64,000 bases of DNA from Octopus vulgaris (lineage: Eukaryota), in NCBI GenBank assembly GCA_951406725.2, contig OX597822.1, forward strand, positions 76,756,001 to 76,820,000, in the 5' to 3' direction. The translations under genes and the position numbers were made by a program. The notes below the pieces were generated by a model. That model was not told the origin of the DNA, did not search any database, and saw only the letters and a list, made by a program, of their open reading frames with translations. Positions 1 through 12,825 of the stretch are shown piece after piece. The first letter of the stretch is position 1. The number at the start of each line of letters is the position of its first letter.

Positions 1-419
1 GCCAGCATGGGAAACTGGACCCTAAAGCGAGACAAAGAAAAAAGAAACCAACACAAATATGAAGAGAGTCAGAAAGAGAGAGGGAGAGAGAAAGACAGAG
101 AGAGAGAAAGAGAGAGAGGTTTATAAAAATGTTGGACTGGAAAACAATGATGATGGTGGTGATGATGATGATATAAATAATTATTTGGAGCTGATGTGAT
201 TGACCATCCCCCCTCCCCTCAAATTCCAGGCCTTCTACCTATAGTAGAAAGGATTATTATTATTATTATTATTAATAACTTATGATGAGCAGAATAATTT
301 TATGAGGAGGAGGCAGAGGAAGATATGATGTCATTGTAATGACAGAAATAATGATAAGAAGGAAGATAATGTCAAAATGATGATCCTCATGTTATATTTC
401 ATAATGATTGTAAGAATGA

Positions 420-780
420 TACCATGACGATGACGATGATGATGATGATGATGACGATGACGATGACAATGGTGATGATAAAGGCAATGATGATGAAGAC
501 AGTGATAATGATGACGATGATGATGATGAGAATGATGATAACGATGACGATGATATTGATGATGACGATGATGATGATGCTGATGATGATAAAGGCAATG
601 ATGATGAAGACAATGATGAACATGATGACAATGATGATAACGATGATGAGAATGATGACGACGACAATGATGATGATGATGATGGTGGTGATGATGATGA
701 TAGGGAGAAGGAGGAGGAGGATGGTGCTGGTGATGCTGGTGCTGTTGTCAGTGATGCTGATGCTGGTGATGGTCATGATA
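420..780. repeat. (GAT)n-type microsatellite
   Basis: Degenerate ATG repeats. Similar tracts at 7225-7575, 32540-32722 and 34005-34250. Confidence 0.95.
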
Positions 781-1337
781 ATGTGTTTCTGTGCAGGACA
801 CGTTCATTTTTTTTTGTTTTTCATCTATATTTCAATCTTTTCTGATGATGATAATTTCATGATGATGATCAATGATGATGCAGATAAGGTTGATGACAAC
901 GATGAGGATAGAAAAGAGAGCAATGATGATAAGGGTGAGGATTATAGATAATGCCACACTGGAAATATGATGATGATGATGATGATATCGATGATTTCTC
1001 GTATTTGCCACATGGGCAATGAATGAGGGGACAATAAAATTTGTGGGGTTTTGCAGAGAATTGATAGGTATGGACAATAAGAATATAGAAACTGCATGAA
1101 ACAAAATGACACATTAAGGGGACAAGCTTTTAGGTAAAATTAAGGAACTCCTCAGAGCAATGATTGCCTCGTAACATGGGTATTTGTTCTTCCTCCCAGT
1201 TATGTTTGACAGGTGCTTGTTATGTGTAAGGCTATTTACTCAAGCAGTAATTATATAAGAAAATATAAAGATTATGAAGTTATAATAATAAGAAGAAGAA
1301 GAATAAAAATAATAATAATAATAATAATAATAATGAG

Positions 1338-1674
1338 GAGACCCTTTTGGTCATGAATGACCATGGGATTGCACCTAGAAAGTTACCCTCCAAGGCACAA
1401 GTCCAGCCAAGGTTGTTTGTGGAAGGCCAGCAGTCACCCATGCATATCAGCCTCCCCTCTCCACACCACTGCTGTTATCCAAGGGAAAGGCAAAGGGGCC
1501 TATACAGCTTGGCACCAGTGATGTTGCAATTCATTTCTACAGCTGAGTTAACTGGAGCAATGTGAAATAAAGTGTCTTGCTCAAGAACACAACACGCAGC
1601 CTGGTCCGGGAATCGAACCCACCACGTCACGGTTGTAAGCTCAACGCTCTATCCACTGAGCCATGTACCTTCAC

Positions 1675-1675
<1 letters not shown>
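1338..1675 (-). mobile_element. tRNA-derived SINE with CORE-like central domain
   Basis: A box TGGCTCAGTGG, B box GGTTCGATTCC, then TTGAGCAAGACACTTTATTTCAC. A related copy at about 7932-8450 is interrupted by another SINE. Confidence 0.75.
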
Positions 1676-1710
<35 letters not shown>

Positions 1711-1711
<1 letters not shown>

Positions 1712-2320
1712 CTAAACAGAAAAGAAATAGACAAAGCAAAATCCCAACAATGGCTGAGAATCTCGGGACGCAAAGCAGAGACTGAAGAATTTTTAATTGC
1801 ACAAGACCAAAGCTTTCCCACCAGAAATTACCAAAAGCATGTAATGAAAAGAAATACAAGTAACTGCAGAATATATGGTGATGGAGAAAAAACAATTAAT
1901 CATATTGTCTCTGGCTGCCCAGTCCTGGCTAAAAAGCAATATATTCACAGACACGATAGAGTTGGTACCTGTATACACTAGAACCTATACCAACACTATG
2001 AAATAACAACAGAAAAGAAGATGGTGTAGGCACACTCCAGAAAAAGTCACAGAAAATGAGAATGCAACCATACTCTGGGATATGCCAATACACACAGATA
2101 GAGAAATTAAGACCAACAGGCAGGATATAGTTGTCAGAGATCACCAAGAAAAAAATGCTTTCTAATCGATGTATCAATACCAACAGATGACAATGTTTCT
2201 CTAAAACACTTCAAATACAGTGAAAATAAAAACATCGCAACAAACCACAGCATATACCCAAGGCGCACAGAGCTGCTATCAGTAGTGCAGTGAAAGCACA
2301 TGATAAAAATAAGATCACTG
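1711..2320 (+). mobile_element. Dong/R4-clade 3' fragment
   Basis: KAETE..LIAQDQ, NCRI...TINHIVSGCPVLAKKQYIHRHDRV, ATILWDMPIHTDREIK, FLIDVSIP. (TAA)n on both sides. Confidence 0.85.
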
Positions 2321-2364
2321 AATAATAATAATAATAATAAATATTATTAGTATTATTGATAACA

Positions 2365-2765
2365 ATTTATTCTTTTATTAGCCACAAGGGCTCACATACA
2401 AAACATTAATTGACATTCAATATAAAAGACAAAAACAGGACGATACAATGGGTTTTACCAGGTGTACACAATATAATAACAATAAAAATTGAACAAATTA
2501 AAACTCCCAATGGGGGAGGCGCTTTAAGGTCATCGTGAAAAAACCCACAAAAGCCACAGATGCGTGAACAACAGGGCTAGGGCCCCTTCTTCTTTTTACA
2601 GGTGCACGCTCAGAATTGGTCCTTTCACACTGGCCATTCTTCCAACATTCACCCACCTTTCAAAAAACTTGCTACAAAGCAACACTTCCCTCTCCCCACT
2701 CAACTTCCTGTTCAAGTGAAATTTGAAAAAGTTAATGAAGGCTTGGCCAAAGAGGGAAGCGTCTG
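2365..2765 (-). mobile_element. L1/Tx1-type LINE 3' end remnant
   Basis: Minus strand GQAFINFFKFHLNRKL..EREVL / ERWVNVGRMASV..ILSVHL*, then a 3' UTR ending in an A-rich tail with AATAAA. Clade assigned from recalled similarity. Confidence 0.55.
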
Positions 2766-3069
2766 TAATAAGAATAATAAGAATAATAATAATAATAGAA
2801 AACTAACCAATTAACTATTAATAAAAACATGAAATTGAACCAGTGCAGATGCTTAAGTCTGTTATTGGCTTAATATCACTTTGTATATCTGTGTGTGTGT
2901 GTGTGTGCGTGTTTGTCCCTCACCATCTCTTGACAACTAGTACTGGTTACAGGGGCATTTATGTATGTCCCCTGTAACTTAGCAGCTCAGCAAAAGGCAC
3001 TGATGAAACAGGTACCACACATTTAAAAATAGGCACAAGAAGTGATTTGTTTGAACTAAATCCTTCAAG

Positions 3070-3246
3070 TACAGTTCTATATTTAAGAGATGAGTAATTA
3101 TGTACATTATTTACATTTGACGGATATTTGTCCTCATCTTGTTTGCTGATATACCCTCCAGCCTTCATCAGGTGTTTTAGGGAAATTTCGAACCTGGGTT
3201 CTCATTCCTAAGGAATTTTTAGATATTATCATCATCATCATCATCA

Positions 3247-3284
<38 letters not shown>

Positions 3285-3541
3285 CTCACTGCCTGGAATT
3301 GAGCTCAGAATCTCGGGCTGCGCTCTTAACCACTATGCCATATGCCTGAATAATAATAATGATATAATAATAATAACAACAACAACAACAACAACAATAA
3401 CATCAAAAAATATCTTGGGATTGAGAACCCAGGTTCAAAATTTCCCCAAGATACCTGATGAAGGCTGGAGGGTATATCAACCGAAATGTGTTAACAACAA
3501 ACAAAACGAGGACAAATATCTATCAAATGTAAATAATGTAA
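3070..3541. mobile_element. tRNA-head/(AAT)n/hammerhead-tail element with inverted tail duplication
   Basis: Minus-strand head 3350-3281 with A box TGGCATAGTGG and B-box-like GAGCTCAATTCC, then (AAT)n and a tail with CTGATGAAGGCTG..CAGC. An inverted tail copy lies at about 3400-3541 (CTGATGAAGGCTGGAGGGTATATCAACCGAAA). Confidence 0.75.
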
Positions 3542-3711
3542 ATCCTTCAAGGCAATGCCCCAGCATGGTCGCAGTCTACTGACTGAAACAAGTATAGAAT
3601 AAAAGTTGTTTATCATCATTATTATTAATATTGTTTTTTTTTTTTCCTTTCCATATGTTTCATATATTTTTCTTTTCTCTTTCATTGCGTCACCTTACAA
3701 CCCAATCACAG

Positions 3712-3913
3712 AAATTGTCGTCAGATACCCAAAGTTGAATGGCCGAGGATATTTGGCTTTCCCTGTGTTGCGTGATGCTTACAAGCAGTTCCGCATTTAT
3801 CTGGAAATCAAACCAGAATCTCCAAATGGATTATTGCTATTTGCTTCCGAGAAGCCTGATGCTCGAGGGGATTTCTTCTCTGTTGCCCTTGTTGATGGAC
3901 AAGTAGAATTCCG
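3712..3913 (+). CDS. EGFLAM: Internal coding exon of a laminin G domain protein, pikachurin/EGFLAM (SP2353)-like
   Basis: Pyrimidine tract then cacAG|(3712); donor CG|GTAAGT (GT at 3914). Phase 1 to phase 2 exon reading EIVVRYPKLNGRGYLAFPVLRDAYKQFRIYLEIKPESPNGLLLFASEKPDARGDFFSVALVDGQVEFR. The GLLL..GDF.S.AL..G.VEFR pattern is LamG. As recalled, it most resembles the first pikachurin LamG; agrin, perlecan or EYS paralogy is not excluded. Confidence 0.8.
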
Positions 3914-4050
3914 GTAAGTCGCCGCTTTGCTTTCTATTATTATTTGGAGTATGAGACATTTTGGCACAGCCATTTCGGCATCACTGATTCAATGCTGACT
4001 TATTTGACATCAGACGTATTAATATTTCTCTCATTCTCTCTCCCTCCCTC

Positions 4051-4399
4051 CATACTGGGGTCGATCTAATCAACTTGCGCTCTCCCCAAAAAAATTTCAG
4101 GCCTTGTGCCTAGAGTAGAAAAGAATATTAATTCCACCAACGTTGACTTTGCCTTTTGGGGTTGATAAATTAAGTACCAGTTGTATACTGGGGTCGATCT
4201 AATCGACTAAGCCCTTCCCCCCAAATTTCAGGCCTTATGTCTAGAGTAGAAAAGAATATTAAATCCACTGAGGTTGACTTTACCTTTCATCCTTTCAGGG
4301 TCGATAAATTAAGCACCAGTCACATACTGGGGTCGATTTAATTGACTGACTCCTTTCCCAAAATTTCAGGCCTTGTGCCTAGAGTAGAAAAAAATATTT
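4051..4399 (+). repeat. Three tandem 3' halves of the Meta-domain-like SINE
   Basis: Repeated ACTGGGGTCGAT...CAGGCCTTGTGCCTAGAGTAGAAAA units of about 125-130 bp. Confidence 0.75.
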
Positions 4400-4538
4400 A
4401 GAGTAAAATTTTCATAACATGATAAATAAATAATGAAAAAATGTAACTGTAAAATATTGTTGTATGCTTCTATGCTTTGCCTTTGTACTGTCCTAAATGT
4501 TTTTTTGGCCCATGTAACAAATAAAAAGTATTATTATT

Positions 4539-5090
4539 GAGTGAGAGAGAAATGCATGCCATCAAAGTGACACTGGGGTACAAATCTACAAATCCCAATA
4601 TACTCATCATGACTACCTATCGAATAAGGGTTCATCAGTCACATGCATCGCAATTATATGTGTGTGACATGGTGATCTCATATCAAGATAAACGGTGCAT
4701 AGCCTTGCAGGTGGGGCCCAGTTAAAATTTTCGTCAGGTCGAGTAGCTCATCCTGCTCAGAAGGTCCCTGAATAAGGTTTGTTTTAAGGGTGTTAAACAA
4801 AACACCCATGTTTCCAGAAGTGAATTATTCAAACCCCAAAGAATTCCTCTCAACACATGGCTATGATGCTCCCCCACTACTTTTGCTTGTGCATATATCG
4901 TCAGCCACTAAGGGACATGCTCAACTAGTTATGGTCAAACAACTGACAAGCAAATCTGTGGTATTGAGCAGAATATTTGTTGTAACCCATCTTTTATACC
5001 AAGATAAAACAATGTACATGATAACACTTCCAATCAATTATGATTGGAAGTCACAAGAGCCACTACCTGGTACTGCATCAGGACATTTAT
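4539..5090. mobile_element. Unclassified 550-bp interspersed repeat inserted in (TTA)n
   Basis: Close copy at 5999-6463 and rearranged pieces at 22925-23470. The two fuller copies are bounded by (TTA)n. Confidence 0.7.
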
Positions 5091-5110
5091 TATCATTATT
5101 ATTATTATTT

Positions 5111-5154
<44 letters not shown>

Positions 5155-5474
5155 GTAAGTTGGTTAGCATGCCAGGTAAAATGCTTACAATATTTTGCCC
5201 GAAGTCAACTGTCTTTCATCCTTTCAGAGTCGATAAATTAAGTACCAGTGAAACACTGAGGTCGATGTAATCGACTTAATCCCTTCCACAAAATCTCAGG
5301 CCTTGTGCCTTAAGTAGAAGGGAATATGATGATTATTATTATTGCCTTTGCACACCTTCTAATGCTGGAGGTGTACTACAATGTCAGCTGTTCACTACCA
5401 GTGAACTAAGGTAACACCTCTTATTTTCCGTATTATCATTATTATCATTATTATTATTATTATTATTATTATTT

Positions 5475-5965
5475 TCCTTCTTTTCTTCAAACTTTCTTCC
5501 ATTTCTCGCCGAGTGTTTTTCATACACCTAAGGCAGAGAAGCTCATTGTATGCATTCCCAGATTACACATGCAAATTCACAGGTAAAAATATGTATTTTA
5601 AAAAATTAATAAATAAATAAATTCATGAATGGATGTTGATTTCACAGCGATAATGCTCTTCTCAGTACATGAGTCGTTCCAGTTAACATGCTTTTTTTTG
5701 TACTTCCTGTAGGGATGGTAAGCCTGGTATCATTTTCAAATAGGTTTCAGTACCTTTTTTTTTATCATTCCTAGAGATCCTACAATCACTGGTACTATAG
5801 TCGCCTTGAGATGCCACATTTTTTCAATTTCTATTAGCAAGTCTTTATATTTACCGATCTTGTCAAATTCTTTTGCCACTATATTGTGATCGCAAGGAAT
5901 ACTCATGTCAATTAATAAACATATCTTTTTTAGTCTGATCTTTTATAATAATATCTGGTTTAGTA
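5475..5965 (-). mobile_element. Dong/R4-clade 3' fragment (REL domain + 3' UTR)
   Basis: Minus strand PDIIIKDQTKKICLLIDMSIPCDHN...KYKDLLIEIEKMWHLKATIVPVIVGSLG. Flanked by (TTA)n. Confidence 0.85.
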
Positions 5966-5967
5966 GC

Positions 5968-5998
<31 letters not shown>

Positions 5999-5999
<1 letters not shown>

Positions 6000-6460
6000 G
6001 AGTGAGAGAGCAGTGCATGCCATCAAAGTGACACTGGGGTAAAATATACGAAGCCCAATATACCCATCATGACTACCCGTCTGATAAGGGTACACCAGGC
6101 ACATGCATCACAACCATATGTGCGCGACATGGTGATCTCATATCAAGATAAACAGCACATGACCTTGCAGGTGGGGCCCGGTTAGAATTTTCTTGAGGTT
6201 GAGTAGCCCATCCCGCTCAGAAGGTCCCTGAATAAGGGTTATTTAAGGATGTTGAAAGAACCACCCATGTTTCCAGAGGTGAATTATTCAAACCCCAAAG
6301 AATCCCTCTCAACACATGGCTATGATGCTCCCCCACTACTTCTGCTCGTGATCAGAGATGCACATATCGTCAGCCACTAAGGGACATGCTCAACTGGTTA
6401 AGGTCAAACAACTGACAAGCAAATCTGTGGTATTGAGCAGAATATTTGCTGTAGCCCATC

Positions 6461-6463
<3 letters not shown>
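5999..6463. mobile_element. Second copy of the (TTA)n-associated repeat
   Basis: TGAGTGAGAGAG...GTAGCCCATCTTT is colinear with 4539-4995. Confidence 0.7.
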
Positions 6464-6492
<29 letters not shown>

Positions 6493-8569
6493 GACAAGGA
6501 ATTTGACAATGATGACAATGAGGCTTTTAATCACTGTCTTCTTCATGGTGTTTGTTATTGACCTCCACAGAGGTTTGTTTGTCCTTGGTTTTTAAAGTCA
6601 GAGAAATCCTTTAGCGCTTGTGTATCTGTTGACTCTTTTACGAGCTTTAAATCGAGTTATTAGTGTTAGTGATAATGTTGGCAGCATTACGACATAAATG
6701 GTAGTGCCGGTGGTAGCGGTGGCAGCAGTGGTTGTGTTCGTGACAGTGGTGGTGGTGGTGGTAGTTGTGCCGATAATGTTTGCTACGACAACTAGTTTTG
6801 AAGATATTTCCAGTTGCCATAGTTACCCTAACATTCTAAATTTTTCAAATTAAAAAAAAAAAACAACCAAAATATGTATATATTTTTTTTTACTTTTGCC
6901 TTTTTTTCTTTTTTTCTGTTATTGTTTTATGACAGTTGTTTCAGTTTTGCTATGTCAGTCATTTTACATTTTTGTTCTTGTTGTGGTTGTTGTTGTTGTT
7001 CTGTTATCTCGAATGCTTTTATCTGCCACTTGTGCTGCTACTGCTGCTACACGTGTAAAATAAAATATAATAACCTTTTTCCTATAATTGCTTCTTATGA
7101 GATGAAGCTACAAGTTGATCTCCTGACGTGCACTACAATACTTTGCAATTGTTATATTATGTAAGACAAAATAGCTGAGTGAGAAACCATTAAAAAAAGG
7201 GTAATAATAAAATATAAAATATAGTGGTGATGATAAGGAGGAGGAGGGGGATGGTGATGATGGTGAAGGTGAAGATGACAATGATGATGATGATGATGAT
7301 GATAGTGATGATGATGGTAATGGTGGTGGTGATAATGAAGGTGATGATGATAATGGTGAATGTGATGATGATAAGGATGGTGATGGTGGTGAAGGTGATG
7401 ACGATTGTGATGATAATGATGGTGATGATGATGATGGTGGTGATGAGGATGATGATGATGATGATGATAGTGATGATGATGATGATGATAGTGATGATGA
7501 TAATGGTGATGGTGATGATGATGATGGTGATGAAGATGGTGGTGGTGATGATGATGATGACAATGATGATGATAACAAGGACCTCAATGCTGCACAAACT
7601 ACTTAGTTTTCCCACCAGGAAATCTCTTCTTTATTATTCTATTTTGTTATTTTATTATTTTATTTCCTCAGATCAAATGCGATGAGTTTAGATGTTGGTA
7701 GGTGCATGATCAGCATTTTATGTGAAAATGCAGCACTACAGTGATGAGAGACATGGCTATGCGATTAAGAAGATTGCTTTGCAATGACAACGCTTTGAGT
7801 TTGATCTTACTGCACACCACCTTGAACAAGTGTTTTTTATTTTTTTTATCAGAGCCTTCAATTAAATTTTTATGTGAAAACTGTAAGGAAGCTTGTAGTT
7901 TGTAGAAGTAACTATTTCTGTTCTTGGGAGAGTGACCCCCTTTGGTCATGAATGACCATAGGGTTGCATCTAGAAACTTCCCCTCCAAAGCACAGGTCTG
8001 GGTAAGGTTGTTTATGGAAGACCAGAAGTCACCATGCTTATTGGTCTCCTCTTTCCACACCACCAGTATTATCCAAAGGAAAGGCAAAAGGCTGATACAG
8101 CTTGGTACTAATGATGTCACAAATCATTTCTTATTTCTTTATTGCCCACAAGGGGCTAAACATAGAGGGGACAGACAAAGGGATTAAATTGATTACATCG
8201 ACCCCAGTGCGTAGCTGGTACTTAATTTATCAACCCCGAAAGGATGAAAGGCAAAGTCGACCTCGGCAGAATTTTAATTCAGAACGTAATAACCGATGAA
8301 ATACTGCTAAGCATTTCACCCAGCATGCTAACGTCTCTGCCAGCTCGCCTCATTTCTACTAAGTGAACTGGAGCAGCATGAAATAAATTGTCTTGCTCAA
8401 GAACACAACACACAGCCTGGTCTGGGAATCAAACTCACAGCCTCATGATTGCAATAGTTCAAACAAAATACATACAAAAAGCAATTTTTGTCGAAATATA
8501 TTCACTCATATTCTGTTGTCTACTTCCATCATTATGCCAGAAACTCAGTTCCATGCTTATACAATTTGG

Positions 8570-8972
8570 CTGGTTTAGAGCCACAGCTTGGAAAAGGCAG
8601 TAATCTGATACTGCAAAGTCTCGGCTCTAAGCAGAATGAGGCAGTACTTCCATTTTCTCATCTTCCTCAAGTTTATGCTTGGTCAAATTGGCAATGTGTC
8701 ATCATACTGTAGGAGTAAGTGTATTTAACTGACCAATGCTGAGTCGCAAGCTTTCAAAGCATCATATACTTGCTGAAATGGTTGAGCATAAAGGTTAGCA
8801 TTCACAGCATGACCATCTGGGACAAGCTCAAAGTGCAACACCCCTTCAAAATTCCACCAAACACACAAGATGACCATCCATTCAAACCATTCTTGTCAAG
8901 CAAGAGCAGTTCTGAAGTCTGGTCAGAACAAAGCCACTGATTTCTCTTATTAGGATTACAAACATAGATCTA
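8570..8972 (-). mobile_element. Mariner (DD34D) transposase remnant
   Basis: Minus strand IYVCNPNKRNQWL, ILCV..FEGVLHFELVPDGHAVNANLY, LLLQYDD, EVLPHSA*SRDFAVSDYCLF, degenerate versions of the mariner HDNA and YSPDLAPSD motifs. Confidence 0.8.
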
Positions 8973-10029
8973 GATTTCATCTCCACTCAAAATTTGATGT
9001 CAAAAACAGGTATTTTGAGGATTTGAAGGCAGTTATTTGCAAACGTTCACTTGGGCAAGTGCCTTCTACTATAGCCTCGGGCTGACCAAAGCCTTGTGAG
9101 TAGATTTGGTAGACAGAAACAGAAAGAAGCCCATCGTATATATGTATACATATATGTGTGTTTGCATTTGTGTGTCTGTGTTTGCCCCCCCCCCCAACAT
9201 CACTTGACAACCGATGCTGGTGTGCTTATGTCCCCGTAACTTAGTGGTTCGGCAAAAGAGACTGATAGAATAAGTACTGGGTTTACAAAGAATAAGTCCT
9301 GGGGTCGATTTGCTCGACTAAATGCGGTGCTCCAGCATGGCCACAGTCAAATGGCTGAAACAAGTAAAAGAGTAAAAGAGTAAATGCCATTCATTTCCAA
9401 TATTCTGCAAAAACATGTCTGGCCATGGAGAAACATCACCCTAGCTTGGAAACAGGCAAGGACTGATAACAGGAAGGGCATCTAGCTGTAGAATATCTCC
9501 CTCAATAAATTTCATTTGACCCATGCAAACTTGAAAAAGTGGGCATTAAACAATGACGATGATGTTGGGGGGGGGGGGGCAACGAAAAAAGAGAAAGAAA
9601 ATGTTGATATTATTGTTTCAAAGAAGTTAAAAAAAAAGTGCACTAGTTACAGCTTCACCACAAAATGCAACAGCATATAAAAATTATAGTAAAGTGTATC
9701 AATTGTTAGTTTTAGACAATACAATAACATTCAAACGCTGCAAATAAGTGCACTGAAGGTGCATTGTCATGCGTTATTCTGGTGATAAATTAAAGCTCTC
9801 AGTGATTTTATATCACAGAATACAGCATGATGATGATGATGATGATGATGCACCATAGAGCACACTACTTACAAATATCTTTTTTGAATAACAATAGCGT
9901 GAAAAGATTGAAAAATCAAAAATAAATAATTAATTAAACAAACAAACAAACAAAAGACATTTGCAAACAATTAAATGTTCTCGTTATAGAATACAAATTA
10001 TTTATTATTATTATTATTACTATTATTAC

Positions 10030-10066
<37 letters not shown>

Positions 10067-10254
10067 GATTTCTTAGGTACATTGTTATTATTTATTATTT
10101 TTTTATGAGAACTTTGTTAATTGAATCAGCTCCTGATTCATTTTTTTTTTATATTTGTACACTCCACGACCACCACCACCCCTATTCATGAGTGAAATGT
10201 CAACATTGGTCAGATTTCAGCTGAGAATAAATCAGTTAATAATATATAAGAATT

Positions 10255-10800
10255 TGTTGGCGAGCTGGCAGAATCATTAGCACACTGGACGAAATACTTA
10301 GTGGTATTTCATCTGTCTTTACATTCTGAGTTCAAATTCCGCTGAGGTTGACTTTGCGTTTCATCTTTTTGGGGTCAATAAATTAAGTACCAGTTGCATA
10401 CTGGGGTCCATCTTAATCAACTGCAGCCCCCCCCACAAACTTTCAGGCCTTGTGCCTAGAGTAGAAAAGAATATTTTAAGGCAGCGAGCTAACAGAAATG
10501 TTAGCACACCAGGCAAAATGCTTAGCAGTATTTTATGTCTTTACATTCTGGGTTCAAATTCCATCGAGGTCGACTTTGCCTTTCATCCTTTCAGGTTTGA
10601 TAAATTAAGTACCAGTTGCATACTGGAGTCAATTTAATCGACCGGCTCCCTCCCCAAAGATTCTGGACCTTGTGCCTAGAGTAGAAAAGAATATGTAAGA
10701 ATTTGGTGGTGAGCTGGCAGAATCGTTAGCAAGCTGGGCAAAATGCTTAGTCATATTACATCACTCTTCATGTTCTGAGTTCAAATTCCACCAAAGACAG
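10255..10800 (+). mobile_element. Head-to-tail array of about 2.5 tRNA-SINE copies (Meta-domain-like)
   Basis: GAGCTGGCAGAA, GAGTTCAAATTCC, CTTTCATCCTTT..GATAAATTAAGTACCAG repeated. Same family at 15706-16207, 34440-34800, 41350-41520(-) and 52255-52610. Confidence 0.75.
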
Positions 10801-10869
10801 CTTTTATTTTTTTGAAACAATAATTTATTGACTCCGAAAGGATGAATCCTTTCGGGGTCGATAAATTAA

Positions 10870-10988
10870 GAATCCAGGTTCAAAATTTCCCGAAGACACC
10901 TGATGAAGTCTGGAGGGTGTATCAGCCGAAATGTGTTCACAACAAACAAGATGAGGACAAATATACGTCAAATGTAAATAATGTAAAT
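10870..10988 (+). mobile_element. Hammerhead-tail copy (same family as 3070-3541)
   Basis: GACACCTGATGAAGTCTGGAGGGTGTATCAGCCGAAATGTGTT...GAGGACAAATAT. Confidence 0.75.
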
Positions 10989-11409
10989 AGTGTACAAATA
11001 AAATAATCAAAAATAAAATGAAATAAAAACAAACTGTATCAAAACATATAAACTAAATACTCTGTATTAATTGCTCAATTAATTGCTTTTCACTTCATCT
11101 CAGCTTCGTTAACAGCTGGACTCTGATGATGTATAGAAACTAGCCTGTTGCCAGGTAATTTGTCTCATCTTGTCTCACCTTACCTTGGTGAAGAACTGGA
11201 CACAGCTATTACTTGCAGGAAATAGGTATCTTGTTTTATATGAAGAGATGGAAATAGTTAGCGCTGCTGGTGGTGGTGGTGGTTGCAAGGTGTATCTGGT
11301 CTCAGAAATAATTGAGATCAACATGTAGAGGGTAGGGGTGGCATGGTAGCTTCAAGGCACAGCTGACCATTCTTCTTCAAGTTTAATGACTTCCACCAAT
11401 GAAGGTGGG

Positions 11410-11986
11410 GCTGGTGGTGGTGGAGTTGGTGGTGGTGGGGGTTGGTGGTGGTGGTTGGTGGTGGTGGGGGTTGGTGGTGGTGGGGTTGTTGGTGGTGGTG
11501 GTAGTAGGGTTGGTGGCAGTAGTGGTGGGATTGATGGTGGTGGGGTTAGTGGCAGTGAGGTTGGTGGCACTTGCAGTGGGGTTGGTGACAATGGTGGTGG
11601 TGAGAGGCTGGTGATGACACTGGTGGTGGTGGTTGTGGGTACTGGAATATCTATGATATTCTATGGAAGTATTGACAGGCTGAACGACAACAAAAAAAAA
11701 CAATGCCTTCTTCCCCACTTTCAAGACCAACAAAAACTACTACTACAACTACTACCACCATCACAACCACCACCACCACCACTACTACTACTATCACCTC
11801 CACCACCATCACTACCACTGCCACCACCACTACCACAGCTACCACCACCAGCACTGCCACTACCACCACCACTACTACTACTACTACCAGCACCCTCACT
11901 ATGCCACCACCACCACCACAACCATCACTACTACCACCACCACTGCCACTCCCACCGCTACTACTACTACCATCACTACCACCACC

Positions 11987-12042
<56 letters not shown>

Positions 12043-12052
12043 CACCACCACT
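11410..12052. repeat. (GGT)n tract followed by an inverted (ACC/ACT)n tract
   Basis: G-rich triplets 11410-11640 and complementary C-rich triplets 11735-12052. Confidence 0.9.
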
Positions 12053-12825
12053 GTAGCACAAATAGCATCAACACAAATAGCCCCAACTATGAGGAAAACC
12101 AACTCCAAACATCCCCCAATCACAACTCTGACAATCAATAGATGACTGAGGAGAAACAATGGAAACCAGTTATAGCTTTGTCTCTGTTTCTGAGAGGCAT
12201 TGCAGGTGCAGATCAATGGATTCAGTTTCCAGGCCAGAAAGAGAAAAAGGAGAGGAAAAAGACAAAAAAAAAAAGCAACAAAAAAGACAAAAGAAATCAA
12301 ATGGTATTGATCTGGCCATAAAGCCATTCCACAGAGGACTGATGTTGATCATCCAGTGAAATATAAAAAAAAAAAATAAAACAGAAATAAAAATGATATA
12401 AATAAGGTTTAAAGTGGAAGTATTCTTCCATAAACAACAGTCGTTATAAATAAATTAATATAAATATTTAAATAAACAAGGTTTTTAATGAATGATAAAT
12501 AAACGAGACTAATAATAAATTATTAAAAATTCCCGTTTCGTTTTGCATTTAGCTAGGGTTAAATGGGCGAATAAGGAATGGAAACTGAATGAAATTTGAA
12601 TGAAATCCATAGAGGAAAAAGTGTGGTGGCTGTGTGGTTAAGAAGCTAAAGTTGTAGCCGTGTGATTTTGGGTTCAATCCCATGGTGTAACACCTTGGTC
12701 AAGTGTCTTCTAGAATGGCCCCCATGTTTGACCAAAGCCTTATGAGTGGATTTGGTAAATGGAAACTGCAAGAAGCACATCGTGTGTGTGTGTTTGTGTC
12801 TGTATTTGTACCCTGCCACTGCTTG

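Noticed and set aside
1600-1675. tRNA genes at SINE heads
   Set aside because: A/B boxes run into SINE bodies with no acceptor-stem closure.
11115-11155. CTGATGA-TGTATA-GAAAC hammerhead-like word
   Set aside because: Stem II is too short and stem I is out of register; likely chance or heavily deleted.
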